Positions 48,970 through 57,389 of a stretch of 64,000 bases of DNA are shown here, one piece after another. The stretch lies in the IMG/VR virus record IMGVR_UViG_3300031466_000001, positions 96,001 to 160,000 of that record, one strand, 5' to 3'. The position numbers were made by a program, and so were the translations under genes. The notes beneath the pieces were generated by a model that searched no databases, had not been told where the DNA came from, and saw nothing but the letters and a program-made list of their open reading frames with translations. Each line of letters opens with the position of its first letter. Position 1 is the first letter of the stretch. Source of the DNA: a virus (taxonomy: Duplodnaviria; Caudoviricetes).

Positions 48970-49338
48970 ATGAAAACATTCAAAATTGAAGTATTGCATG
49001 TTCCTTCTTATATTGCATCTAGATGTGTCTCACAAATACCCCAAAAGATGTCAATTGCGGCAAAAGATAGCTTCGAAGCAATTAATTTATTTCTCACAAA
49101 TGCAGTAAAAAGCATGGGAAATATCATTCATGAAATAGCATCATATTTACAAGGTCCTTCCTTCATCATTAAAGACAATCATATCGAACTCGGAAAATAT
49201 GTAATCTATATGAGAAGGAGCGCAGATAAGAGCGGGACTATTGTTACAGTAAAAGACTATCGCGGGATTACAGTACCCAATCTCGGCATTTATGTAAAAA
49301 GGGAAATCGAAGAACAAGAAAAATACTTCGTATGGTGA
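48970..49338 (+). CDS. Hypothetical early protein
   Basis: Early motif 48933-48942; RBS; bidirectional terminator downstream. Confidence 0.65.
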   Translation: MKTFKIEVLHVPSYIASRCVSQIPQKMSIAAKDSFEAINLFLTNAVKSMGNIIHEIASYLQGPSFIIKDNHIELGKYVIYMRRSADKSGTIVTVKDYRGITVPNLGIYVKREIEEQEKYFVW

Positions 49339-49396
49339 AATAAAAAATAAACGGCTATGGATTTATACCATAGCCGTTTATTTTTTTTATTAGAAC

Positions 49397-51082
49397 CTAT
49401 GATGCCTTCTTATTGATAGCTGTGCTGAAATCAAATACACTGTCAAAATCATCAGAGTCATCGACAACTTCTCTTTCAGTTGCATTTCTTTTACCTTTCT
49501 TAGCAACGAGATCAACAATTCCTTCAAAGTCAGAAGCAAGACTTTCTTCAGACAACGATGTTTCAAGATGAATATCATCAATAAGTCTAACTCTATTTCC
49601 GATTTCGAACGGATGGTTGAAATAACCAAGTTCATTTGGATTCGGATCTTTATAACGAAGTTTAACCCGCTTAAATGTAAGATAGAATTGATCAGTTCCA
49701 CGTTTCTTTTCAACGTTGATAATACAACACCAGTCGCTATTCTCGATAACTTCCCAGGCACTACCGACATTAGATCGACCGACAAACCTAGCGAGGTCCT
49801 CTTTATTCGCGGTCATAGCCGAGTCAATTGTAGTTGCGGCTTCCCGGTTCAGTTGGTGAGCTGTAATAACCGGAATGTCTTTATCTGTTGCCAGATTCTT
49901 GAGTTCGTTCGTAATATTTTTGAGTTCTTCTTTTTCATCCTTACCGCGCTCCGCTGGACGGATACGCTTAATATAATCAAGAACGAGAGCGATTACTTCT
50001 CCTCCCTCATCTTCGATATCTTCAATAATCGTATAAAGATCTGCTGTACTAATCGATCTATTCGGATAATATTTGATTATGATGTTAATATCATCTTCGT
50101 CATCAATACGAAGCTCACCTTTAGTTTTCATCAACTTAACGATTTCTTTAGCCGTATAATTCCTAATATTTTCCGAAGATACACTCATATTGAATAAACG
50201 TTCCACAGACTCTTCAAGAGAGTTTTCCATAGTCAACATAAGTACTGTCTTACGTTTACCTGCTTTTTTCGAAGGAACATCTTTATTATATTTCTTAATA
50301 TCCCTCGCTGTCTTCAGAAGGATACCAGATTTAAAACCTGCTGGGAGACCGAGATACATATAAAGACGTTTGGAGAAGTATCCCCCACCAAGTATAGCAT
50401 TCAATTTTTTGATACCGCTTTTCAAAATTCTCGAAGGATCAATCAACCTGATAGCAATATCTTCGAGCGTTAAATCAAAGTTTTCATCAGCCAGATTTAA
50501 CGTATCGACATCATCCAAGACCTGAGTCTTTCGAGTCTCCGCCAGGAGATCTCTTACCAAAGATAAAAGCTCTTCATTAATTTCCTTAAACGAATCATAA
50601 TCTCCCGAATCAATTCTCTCGATAAGTTCATAAAGTTCATCCTTATAATGGAAAATGAAAAAGTATTTAAGACGTTCTTGAATCGCTTTATTGATAAATT
50701 GAATTTCGTTGTAATTAATCTTTCGATAATGGTCAAGATTGTTAATAATTTCATCGATTTCTTTATTCTGGGAATCGCTATCGCTTCGGCAATAGTTGAT
50801 AATGATATTTTCGTTCTCCATTCCCTCAATAAGTTTTGCATGAAGAGCACGTTTGATAAAATGAATTCTAGCTTCCATCTTTTCATTACCTTCATAAGCT
50901 CTTTCATCCAATACATCAAATAGCTTTTTCATATTACTTAAGGCTTTTTTAGTCACTTGTCTTTTTGGAGTAAATATGTAACCGATAAACATGTTAAGCA
51001 TAGATATGTCAAACTTAAGGAATATTTTTTTATCCTCATAAACTTTCTGTTTTTTATTATAACCCCAAGCCAATATTATCAC
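49397..51082 (-). CDS. dnaB: DnaB-like replicative helicase
   Basis: SGIKKLN..LGGG, Walker A GLPAGFKS, TMEN, LVLDYI, ELKNLA...IPVITAHQLNR. Confidence 0.9.
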   Translation of the reverse strand: MIILAWGYNKKQKVYEDKKIFLKFDISMLNMFIGYIFTPKRQVTKKALSNMKKLFDVLDERAYEGNEKMEARIHFIKRALHAKLIEGMENENIIINYCRSDSDSQNKEIDEIINNLDHYRKINYNEIQFINKAIQERLKYFFIFHYKDELYELIERIDSGDYDSFKEINEELLSLVRDLLAETRKTQVLDDVDTLNLADENFDLTLEDIAIRLIDPSRILKSGIKKLNAILGGGYFSKRLYMYLGLPAGFKSGILLKTARDIKKYNKDVPSKKAGKRKTVLMLTMENSLEESVERLFNMSVSSENIRNYTAKEIVKLMKTKGELRIDDEDDINIIIKYYPNRSISTADLYTIIEDIEDEGGEVIALVLDYIKRIRPAERGKDEKEELKNITNELKNLATDKDIPVITAHQLNREAATTIDSAMTANKEDLARFVGRSNVGSAWEVIENSDWCCIINVEKKRGTDQFYLTFKRVKLRYKDPNPNELGYFNHPFEIGNRVRLIDDIHLETSLSEESLASDFEGIVDLVAKKGKRNATEREVVDDSDDFDSVFDFSTAINKKAS

Positions 51083-52296
51083 TCCCCAGATAAATACCTA
51101 TCAAACAGGTATTCTCTCATTTTCTCTATCGAAATGTTTTTCTGATATTTCTCTTTAATATAACGCGAAATCTTTTCTTCTACGGGTATTTTCTTATCAA
51201 ATATGAACCCATATCTTTCCAGAAGTATATTAATTTTTCTTTCCATCTCTTTATTCTTAACTACTTTGCCGTTGTTGTTAATTTTCAATTTAAACTTCTT
51301 ATACTTGCTGAATACACTGTTAAGCATTGATGTTAACAATGAAGGATTTGGATGATTTTCAGGTATATTAACTTCTAAACGTAAATAATCCCTGTTATCT
51401 GCCAAATTGTCTACTAGTTTAACAAGATAATCTATCTGATCTTCAATTGAATTATCTGGGTTGCAATCAACTTCCATAGTTTCAAATTTTCTAGCGGTTT
51501 TATTTACAATAAATTCGGTTTTAAATTCAGATGTGATTGGCGAATAGCAAAATAAATAATATCCTTTATCCTCTTCTTCTCCAAATGCCCATCTTGAAAA
51601 AGAATTAGTGTAGAAAAATCTATTTTTGATCACTATTTTTTTATGGATATGACCGAAAAAGATCGGACCTTTACAAATTTCGATAAGCTCATCGACTTTG
51701 AAGACCGGTGCTTTAGGCATAGTCATTTCACTTTCTTGTGTTGCTGCCATATGTAATGCTTCTTGAATGAGTCCATGACCGAAAATACTATCATATTGCT
51801 TAGAAAAATAATCTTTATAGTATTCATTTTTATCTTCGATATATTCTTCTGGTATATACAACACATGATAATCTTCAAATAACCACTCAGATTCTACATT
51901 TTGGATAATTTTTACATCACAATCGGCATTTGTAAGTAATGCCTCGATTATTTCCAGTTGATTGTTATCATGAGATTCTGTACCTTTAACGATTCTCAGT
52001 TTAGAATTCTTTTTCGAGCAAATTTTTACTAATCTATTGAGAAATAATGCCAAATATTTAGCGTGACTTGAGTTAAAAGATATTTTATTATTAAGAGTAT
52101 CCCCACAAAGGATAATAAAATCAAGAACCGGCATATTTTCAGCCGGTTCTAGAAGAGATTTTTCAATTTCATGAAACCAAATGTCAGCTTCAAAAGCTCC
52201 ACAATGTAAATCTCCTACAGCTATCCCAACATATGCAGGATTTTTTATTTCAACCTTCAAGGATATTCCCCCATCCATCTCTAATATTAAGATCAT
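51079..52296 (-). CDS. sbcD: SbcD/Mre11-like metallophosphoesterase nuclease
   Basis: GDLH, GD, GTESHD, FGHG, FGHIH, SFSRWAFGEEEDKG. Confidence 0.85.
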   Translation of the reverse strand: MILILEMDGGISLKVEIKNPAYVGIAVGDLHCGAFEADIWFHEIEKSLLEPAENMPVLDFIILCGDTLNNKISFNSSHAKYLALFLNRLVKICSKKNSKLRIVKGTESHDNNQLEIIEALLTNADCDVKIIQNVESEWLFEDYHVLYIPEEYIEDKNEYYKDYFSKQYDSIFGHGLIQEALHMAATQESEMTMPKAPVFKVDELIEICKGPIFFGHIHKKIVIKNRFFYTNSFSRWAFGEEEDKGYYLFCYSPITSEFKTEFIVNKTARKFETMEVDCNPDNSIEDQIDYLVKLVDNLADNRDYLRLEVNIPENHPNPSLLTSMLNSVFSKYKKFKLKINNNGKVVKNKEMERKINILLERYGFIFDKKIPVEEKISRYIKEKYQKNISIEKMREYLFDRYLSGE

Positions 52297-52927
52297 ACCA
52301 TGTATGAAATAAGTCCAAAAGTTTTTTAAACGCTTCTATATATGGTTCTAGTTCAGTTCTTTGTATAAATTTAGGCTCTGCTTCTCCTTTATTTTTCAAA
52401 AGCAAAATAGCAACCTGATCAACTTGTTTACCTTGTGATTCAAGTATCATACAATAAGCTGCTAGTTGTAAGAACATGGTTGCATAAAATCTCTTAGAGG
52501 TTTTATAATCCAAAATCGTATATTTATCATTTATAAGTCCATAGAAATCACAAGTGCCACCAAATCTATCCGAAACTAAAATTTGCTCAGTAAAAATAGG
52601 TTCTACTTTATTTTTCTTATACCATGAAAGAAATGAATCAAAATACCTAATTACTGTTTGCTTATCTGAATAATCACCAATCCATATGTAATAGTATTTC
52701 ATTACAAAAGCTCTGACTATACCATGAACTAATGTACCAATTCGTGATGTTTCTTCGAGTACATTATCTACATTTATACCCCTAAAGCCCATAATATTGG
52801 CCCATTTAGTTAGAAAAGGTTTATTTAATATCTTCAAAATAGTTGTCACACTTGGAACCTCTATACCATCTTGATTAACATAGATGGTATGATCTTTACT
52901 ATATTTCATTCTACTCATCCTCTTCAA
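52250..52927 (-). CDS. PD-(D/E)XK exonuclease
   Basis: PSVTTIL, GTLVH, E, GTCD, ILDYKTS, QLAAY. Confidence 0.85.
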   Translation of the reverse strand: MKRMSRMKYSKDHTIYVNQDGIEVPSVTTILKILNKPFLTKWANIMGFRGINVDNVLEETSRIGTLVHGIVRAFVMKYYYIWIGDYSDKQTVIRYFDSFLSWYKKNKVEPIFTEQILVSDRFGGTCDFYGLINDKYTILDYKTSKRFYATMFLQLAAYCMILESQGKQVDQVAILLLKNKGEAEPKFIQRTELEPYIEAFKKLLDLFHTWYDLNIRDGWGNILEG

Positions 52928-53064
52928 ACTGATCTACTTTTATCCTTATTATTATCTGTAGTATACGGGTTCGGATTTGTCTTTTTACAGTAGTAACAAC
53001 CATAGCTCTTAACATATGGGTTATTTTTTAAACATCTTTCATTGATGAATGGATTCTTTACCAT
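52924..53064 (-). CDS. 46-aa Cys-containing peptide (not in ORF track)
   Basis: GAGGTG RBS; MVKNPFINERC...GCYYCKK; stop overlaps next gene. Confidence 0.4.
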   Translation of the reverse strand: MVKNPFINERCLKNNPYVKSYGCYYCKKTNPNPYTTDNNKDKSRSV

Positions 53065-53078
53065 TTTTGACACCTCAA

Positions 53079-53538
53079 TTATAGTATAACATTCAATATT
53101 CTCAACGACTTCTTCTTAACGTCTTCGTTAATTTTTTTAGTATGATCGCACCAAGCAAGATTTGTATATGTAAACTCACCCATATATTGGTTATCGTCTA
53201 TTATGACAAAATTCTTTACAATGTTTTTATTCTGATCCAACCATTGGCGTATTTCAATAGGTCGAATAGTTTTATCCATTTCTTGAACTAAAATAGGCGT
53301 ACAGCCTATAAATTTATCAACAAGTCCATATTTTCCCAATTCTTCTTTAATTGCCTCTATTGCCCATTCAAAATGGCGCCAATTGGACGAAATAACTATC
53401 CTAGCATCAGCTTCATGTACTATTTCTTTCAAATATTTCATAGCATGTTGTTCGAATGTAATATATCCTCTCTTGTTGGGCGATAGCATCATTTATCACC
53501 CCGTCTATATCCAAAAATATTATATTCAATCTATCCAT
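53079..53538 (-). pseudogene. HAD-family phosphatase (HAD_SAK_2-like), frameshifted
   Basis: Catalytic IIFLDIDGVIN follows GGAG RBS and ATG 53538; IVISSNWR, R..EI..WL and FVIIDD lie in the +1 frame. Confidence 0.75.
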
Positions 53539-53714
53539 TTTCTCCACCGACTCTCTATGTCGACTCCATAAAGTAACCTTACAATAAAGTTGAGAATAAA
53601 ATTTATTAGTAGAAATTTTAATATCAAAATCTTATAACCCATGTGGGAGAATTAATAACTACGGTCTTCTTTAACAATCTATTAATATTAATCTGAGAAA
53701 GGTGGCTTAAAAGG

Positions 53715-54665
53715 ATGGCGACAAAATCTGCCGAATCAACCTTTGTATACAGGAATCTCAATTCCGGTGATGCCCTTAGTTTGGCAGTCTTAAATATTAT
53801 TCAAAACGGTATTCCTCTTACAAAAATTAATCTTGAAGAAGCATTTATCATTATCAATAAAAACTTCAAGTATCCTCTGAAACTTAAGGTTTTAGAAGCG
53901 GTTGAAGATGGTACTATTCGTCTTATCTACTCTCCAACAAAAACCAGAGTCCCGACATGTCTTCCGTTTTTCTTAACTAAAGATCAAAGTGGTAAAATTG
54001 TGGCCTTTGTCCTCGTTGACCTCTACGGAAGACTTAACCCGGATACGATGGTTGTAAATATTGATCCGAAAAAGCTTTATACTATTATGGAGGCCGCTCT
54101 GTTAGCCATTACCTACCATCAAAGACATAGGGAAATTTCTAAACGTAACATTATCATCACCAATGGTGCCTTGATTTATTCTAACATGTTTGCTAGGGTC
54201 CTTAATAAGAAATATGCACTCAATGCAGACAAAAGTAGGTTACACAAAGTCCAGTTCCTTGCTTCTAAATTCTATATGCTTAACGTTCTTGGATTGGAAG
54301 ACAATGATATTACTCTTAACTATGCTCTCAAAAGTGTACCAAACGGTAATGTTTTCCAACTGAGAGAAGTTAACTCTGCTTTTGATGACAAAAACTATGA
54401 GGATCTGGGGACTTTTATTAAAGGTCTTACTGATCCTAATCTGAATCTTGGTCTCAAGGACCTTACAGTTAGAGGTTATCTTGAGGCATTCATCACGATG
54501 TACGACGGATCTGCTTTATTTGCTCTCGAACTCTTCCCGTACTTTGTATACACAGTTAATTCCGTAATAAATGGTGCATACCTCAATAATCAATATGTGC
54601 TTGAAGACATTGTTGATAAACATGGTGCTAAAATTTATGTCGATCTTATCGACTTTGTCCGCTAA
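53715..54665 (+). CDS. Late protein, probably virion structural
   Basis: 316 aa; late motif 53673-53684; long terminator hairpin downstream. Confidence 0.7.
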   Translation: MATKSAESTFVYRNLNSGDALSLAVLNIIQNGIPLTKINLEEAFIIINKNFKYPLKLKVLEAVEDGTIRLIYSPTKTRVPTCLPFFLTKDQSGKIVAFVLVDLYGRLNPDTMVVNIDPKKLYTIMEAALLAITYHQRHREISKRNIIITNGALIYSNMFARVLNKKYALNADKSRLHKVQFLASKFYMLNVLGLEDNDITLNYALKSVPNGNVFQLREVNSAFDDKNYEDLGTFIKGLTDPNLNLGLKDLTVRGYLEAFITMYDGSALFALELFPYFVYTVNSVINGAYLNNQYVLEDIVDKHGAKIYVDLIDFVR

Positions 54666-54966
54666 ATAAAGGAAATGTGCATAAGGACAAGGGCTTAGAG
54701 TCATTATAGCCCGTCCTTATGCACATCTTTTTTGTACATTTACGTAATAAAAAAAAGTATAACTATATTTTTCATTTTATTTTTTAATAAGAAAGGGGAG
54801 GTTGAAAATGAAAAAATAATTATTTAGTCCCCCTATAATAAATAATTATTCCATGTAGCCCCCAGATTACCCTCGGGAGGTGCAGGAATTAAAGTACATG
54901 TAATAATGATTGAAGCCTATGGACATGTACAGAGAGAAAAAAATGTCGGAGGGGAGCGCGAGTGTT

Positions 54967-55266
54967 ATGGTCGATCCATCAACTGTCGGGGGCTGGGCTG
55001 AACTCATCGACAAGTATGGTTTTGTCTTAATTTTTGCAATCGTAAGTGGTGTGATCAACCTTTATTTTGTAACTCAAATTATACGAGGAAAACTTGTTCC
55101 TTATAGTATCCATAAGAGAAGTCTAGAGGAAGCTGATAGACTTCAAAAATCCATGGAAAAAGAACGTGCTCAGTACATGTCTAAATTGTTAGAATTTATG
55201 GGCGGACTTAAGCCTCATAAGGGGGACCCAAACAATGATGGAAAATATAGTGAGAGGTCAAAATGA
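54967..55266 (+). CDS. Single-TM holin-like protein (BhlA-like)
   Basis: N-terminal TM (KYGFVLIFAIV) + charged coiled coil; first gene of lysis cluster. Confidence 0.5.
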   Translation: MVDPSTVGGWAELIDKYGFVLIFAIVSGVINLYFVTQIIRGKLVPYSIHKRSLEEADRLQKSMEKERAQYMSKLLEFMGGLKPHKGDPNNDGKYSERSK

Positions 55267-55453
55267 AAGTTTTCTCACTAGACTTCTACTTAAATTCTCA
55301 CCAGGACTGGCTAGGGAGAAACAAAAGGTAGATAGTATGTGTCATAAATCAGATATTATCATTAAGCAGTATTCTGAATTGAGTAAAGAAATTAGAGACG
55401 AGGTTGATAGAAACCACTTTTCGACATTGCTCAATTACGAAAAGAGAGCATAG
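55235..55453 (+). CDS. Lysis-cluster hypothetical protein
   Basis: 72 aa, overlaps previous gene. Confidence 0.55.
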   Translation: MMENIVRGQNESFLTRLLLKFSPGLAREKQKVDSMCHKSDIIIKQYSELSKEIRDEVDRNHFSTLLNYEKRA

Positions 55454-55464
55454 TCATCTTCTAA

Positions 55465-55881
55465 ATGGGGGAGAAATACATGTTCCTACTTATTCCTGAA
55501 GAATTTCTACCCCTAATGTTGTTAATCTACACCATAGAGTTTGCTCTAATAATTGCAGCATTAGTGTTTTTAATTGATCATCTAATAATGAAATACAAAA
55601 AAGGTTTTATTAGTGTCTTTATGGGCACATTAGCAATTCATTTCATATCTTTGGGTATATCTACCCTATCTGCTTTTCTTATCAATATTAGCGAGGAAAA
55701 CAATTTTTCAGACAATATATTATTTCTTATCTGGTTACTGTTAATTTTATCGAACATTGTTATGAGTATAACTTTTCTTATTATGATCTTTTTCTTTATT
55801 ACAAAAAGATTTGACATCTACATCACTAAATTGAGGAATGTAAATACATTAAAGGAGGATGAGAAGGATGTTGACAAATGA
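55465..55881 (+). CDS. Three-TM membrane protein
   Basis: Three long hydrophobic segments. Confidence 0.65.
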   Translation: MGEKYMFLLIPEEFLPLMLLIYTIEFALIIAALVFLIDHLIMKYKKGFISVFMGTLAIHFISLGISTLSAFLINISEENNFSDNILFLIWLLLILSNIVMSITFLIMIFFFITKRFDIYITKLRNVNTLKEDEKDVDK

Positions 55882-56161
55882 GTACAACGATCTCATTACG
55901 CTGATCGCAGAGAATCCCGATCTTGCTCTGATCCCTATTGCTTTGCTCATCGGTAAAGCGGTAAAAATGAGCAAGATTAAGGACGAATTTATTCCGATCA
56001 TCGTACTCGTAATTTCTTCGATCATTGGGTTTTTGATCGGAGGAGCGGATACCATTGCTGCTATCAAAGGTCTTGTCGCTGGTTTTGTTGCAGTTGGCGG
56101 CACTAGTGCTCTCAAACAACTTAACAAAGCTTCTTCCAATAGAAAAAATAATTCTGGATAG
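55859..56161 (+). CDS. Holin
   Basis: LIGKAVK...KDEFIP.IV..., G.VA...A.GG....KQ Firmicute holin pattern; upstream of amidase. Confidence 0.75.
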   Translation: MRRMLTNEYNDLITLIAENPDLALIPIALLIGKAVKMSKIKDEFIPIIVLVISSIIGFLIGGADTIAAIKGLVAGFVAVGGTSALKQLNKASSNRKNNSG

Positions 56162-56261
56162 GAATAACACAATATAAGATGGATGGTCTCTGCTCTAATT
56201 GCGATCATCCATCTTATAAATAATTTTTTAACACATAATACTAAAAGAGGGAGGGATAAAA

Positions 56262-57287
56262 TTGGCAAATTATAAAGCAAAAGTTGCTTGGGATGCCGGA
56301 CATCTTGAAGATACCTTCGAGGTGGAAGGTGGAAAAGGCGTTATTGTCAATGGTGAAAAATTTGAAGAACATTGGTTCAATCTTGCAGTAGCTAAGAAAG
56401 CTGCCGAACTTGGCAAATATAATGGTATTGAACCGGTGTTAACACATGAAGCTCTTGCTGGTAAATCTAAAGATAATCTAACGACTCGCACCAATAAAGC
56501 TAAATCTGAGAAAGTTGACCTCTTGTTCAGTATTCACGCTGATGCCAGCGGTAACGCAAATGCTAAAGGTCACTGGGTCTTCTACTGGCACGCTGATACC
56601 AAAGCCAAAAAGTTAGCTGAAATTTGGGATAAGTGGGCTGACAAACTTCTTCCCAATAACGACAGAAATACCGTAGCTTGTTCTCCTAATTCGTGGGCAA
56701 ACTTCCACATGTGTCGTGTTCCCGCTTCCTACGGTATTCCTGCAATCCTTATTGAACATGCATTTATGACAAACCTTGAAGATCTTGCTTATCTTAAAAG
56801 TGAGGAATTTCGTGATCTCTGTGCTGAAGCTGCAGTTCGTGCTGCTTGTGAGTATCTTGGTATTCCTTTTAGTAAACCTCCTGCATCTGCACCTACGAAA
56901 CCTTTTGAAAAAGATCCGAGTGTCAAGTTCATTGACGTCCCCAAAGGTCATTGGGCAGTAAACGCTATCAAACTGGTTTCGGATGAAAGTATTATTAATG
57001 GTTTCACTGACGGGCGCTTCGGTATTGGTGAAGATGTGACCCGTGAACAACTGGCAGTTGTCATCTGCAATTTGATCACTAGTAGAAAGGTTAAGGTGAT
57101 TAACATGGGTAAACCCACCAAATTCACGGATGTCCCCGACAATCACTGGGCAAAAACTTCTATTGACGTTGTAAGTGCTGCTGGTATCATGGAGGGTTAT
57201 CCCGACGGCCGTTTCGGTCTCGGCAATACCGTGAAACGCGAAGAACTTGCTGTGGTTGTTTCGAGACTTATTGATACTAAAAAATAA
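56262..57287 (+). CDS. Endolysin: N-acetylmuramoyl-L-alanine amidase (Amidase_3) with two SLH domains
   Basis: DAGH, E, SIHAD, ILIEHAFMTN; FIDVPKGHWA..GFTDGRFG..VTREQLA and FTDVPDNHWA..GYPDGRFG..REELA. Confidence 0.92.
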   Translation: MANYKAKVAWDAGHLEDTFEVEGGKGVIVNGEKFEEHWFNLAVAKKAAELGKYNGIEPVLTHEALAGKSKDNLTTRTNKAKSEKVDLLFSIHADASGNANAKGHWVFYWHADTKAKKLAEIWDKWADKLLPNNDRNTVACSPNSWANFHMCRVPASYGIPAILIEHAFMTNLEDLAYLKSEEFRDLCAEAAVRAACEYLGIPFSKPPASAPTKPFEKDPSVKFIDVPKGHWAVNAIKLVSDESIINGFTDGRFGIGEDVTREQLAVVICNLITSRKVKVINMGKPTKFTDVPDNHWAKTSIDVVSAAGIMEGYPDGRFGLGNTVKREELAVVVSRLIDTKK

Positions 57288-57389
57288 TAAAATAAAGGAT
57301 ATCGCCATAAGGTGATATCCTTTATTTTTTTCTAATCTTCTGTTTAGTAGAACTTTATAGTAAATATGTTTTATAGGAGGTCGGAAAAT

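Noticed and set aside
7572-51082. Introns or inteins in pol, RNAP, recA, gyrase or dnaB (frequent in related jumbo phages)
   Set aside because: All are continuous ORFs of expected size with no intein splice motifs or homing endonucleases recognised
52250-52927. Cas4/CRISPR association of the PD-(D/E)XK nuclease
   Set aside because: No Fe-S cysteine cluster, no repeat-spacer array seen anywhere in the window; context is replication/recombination
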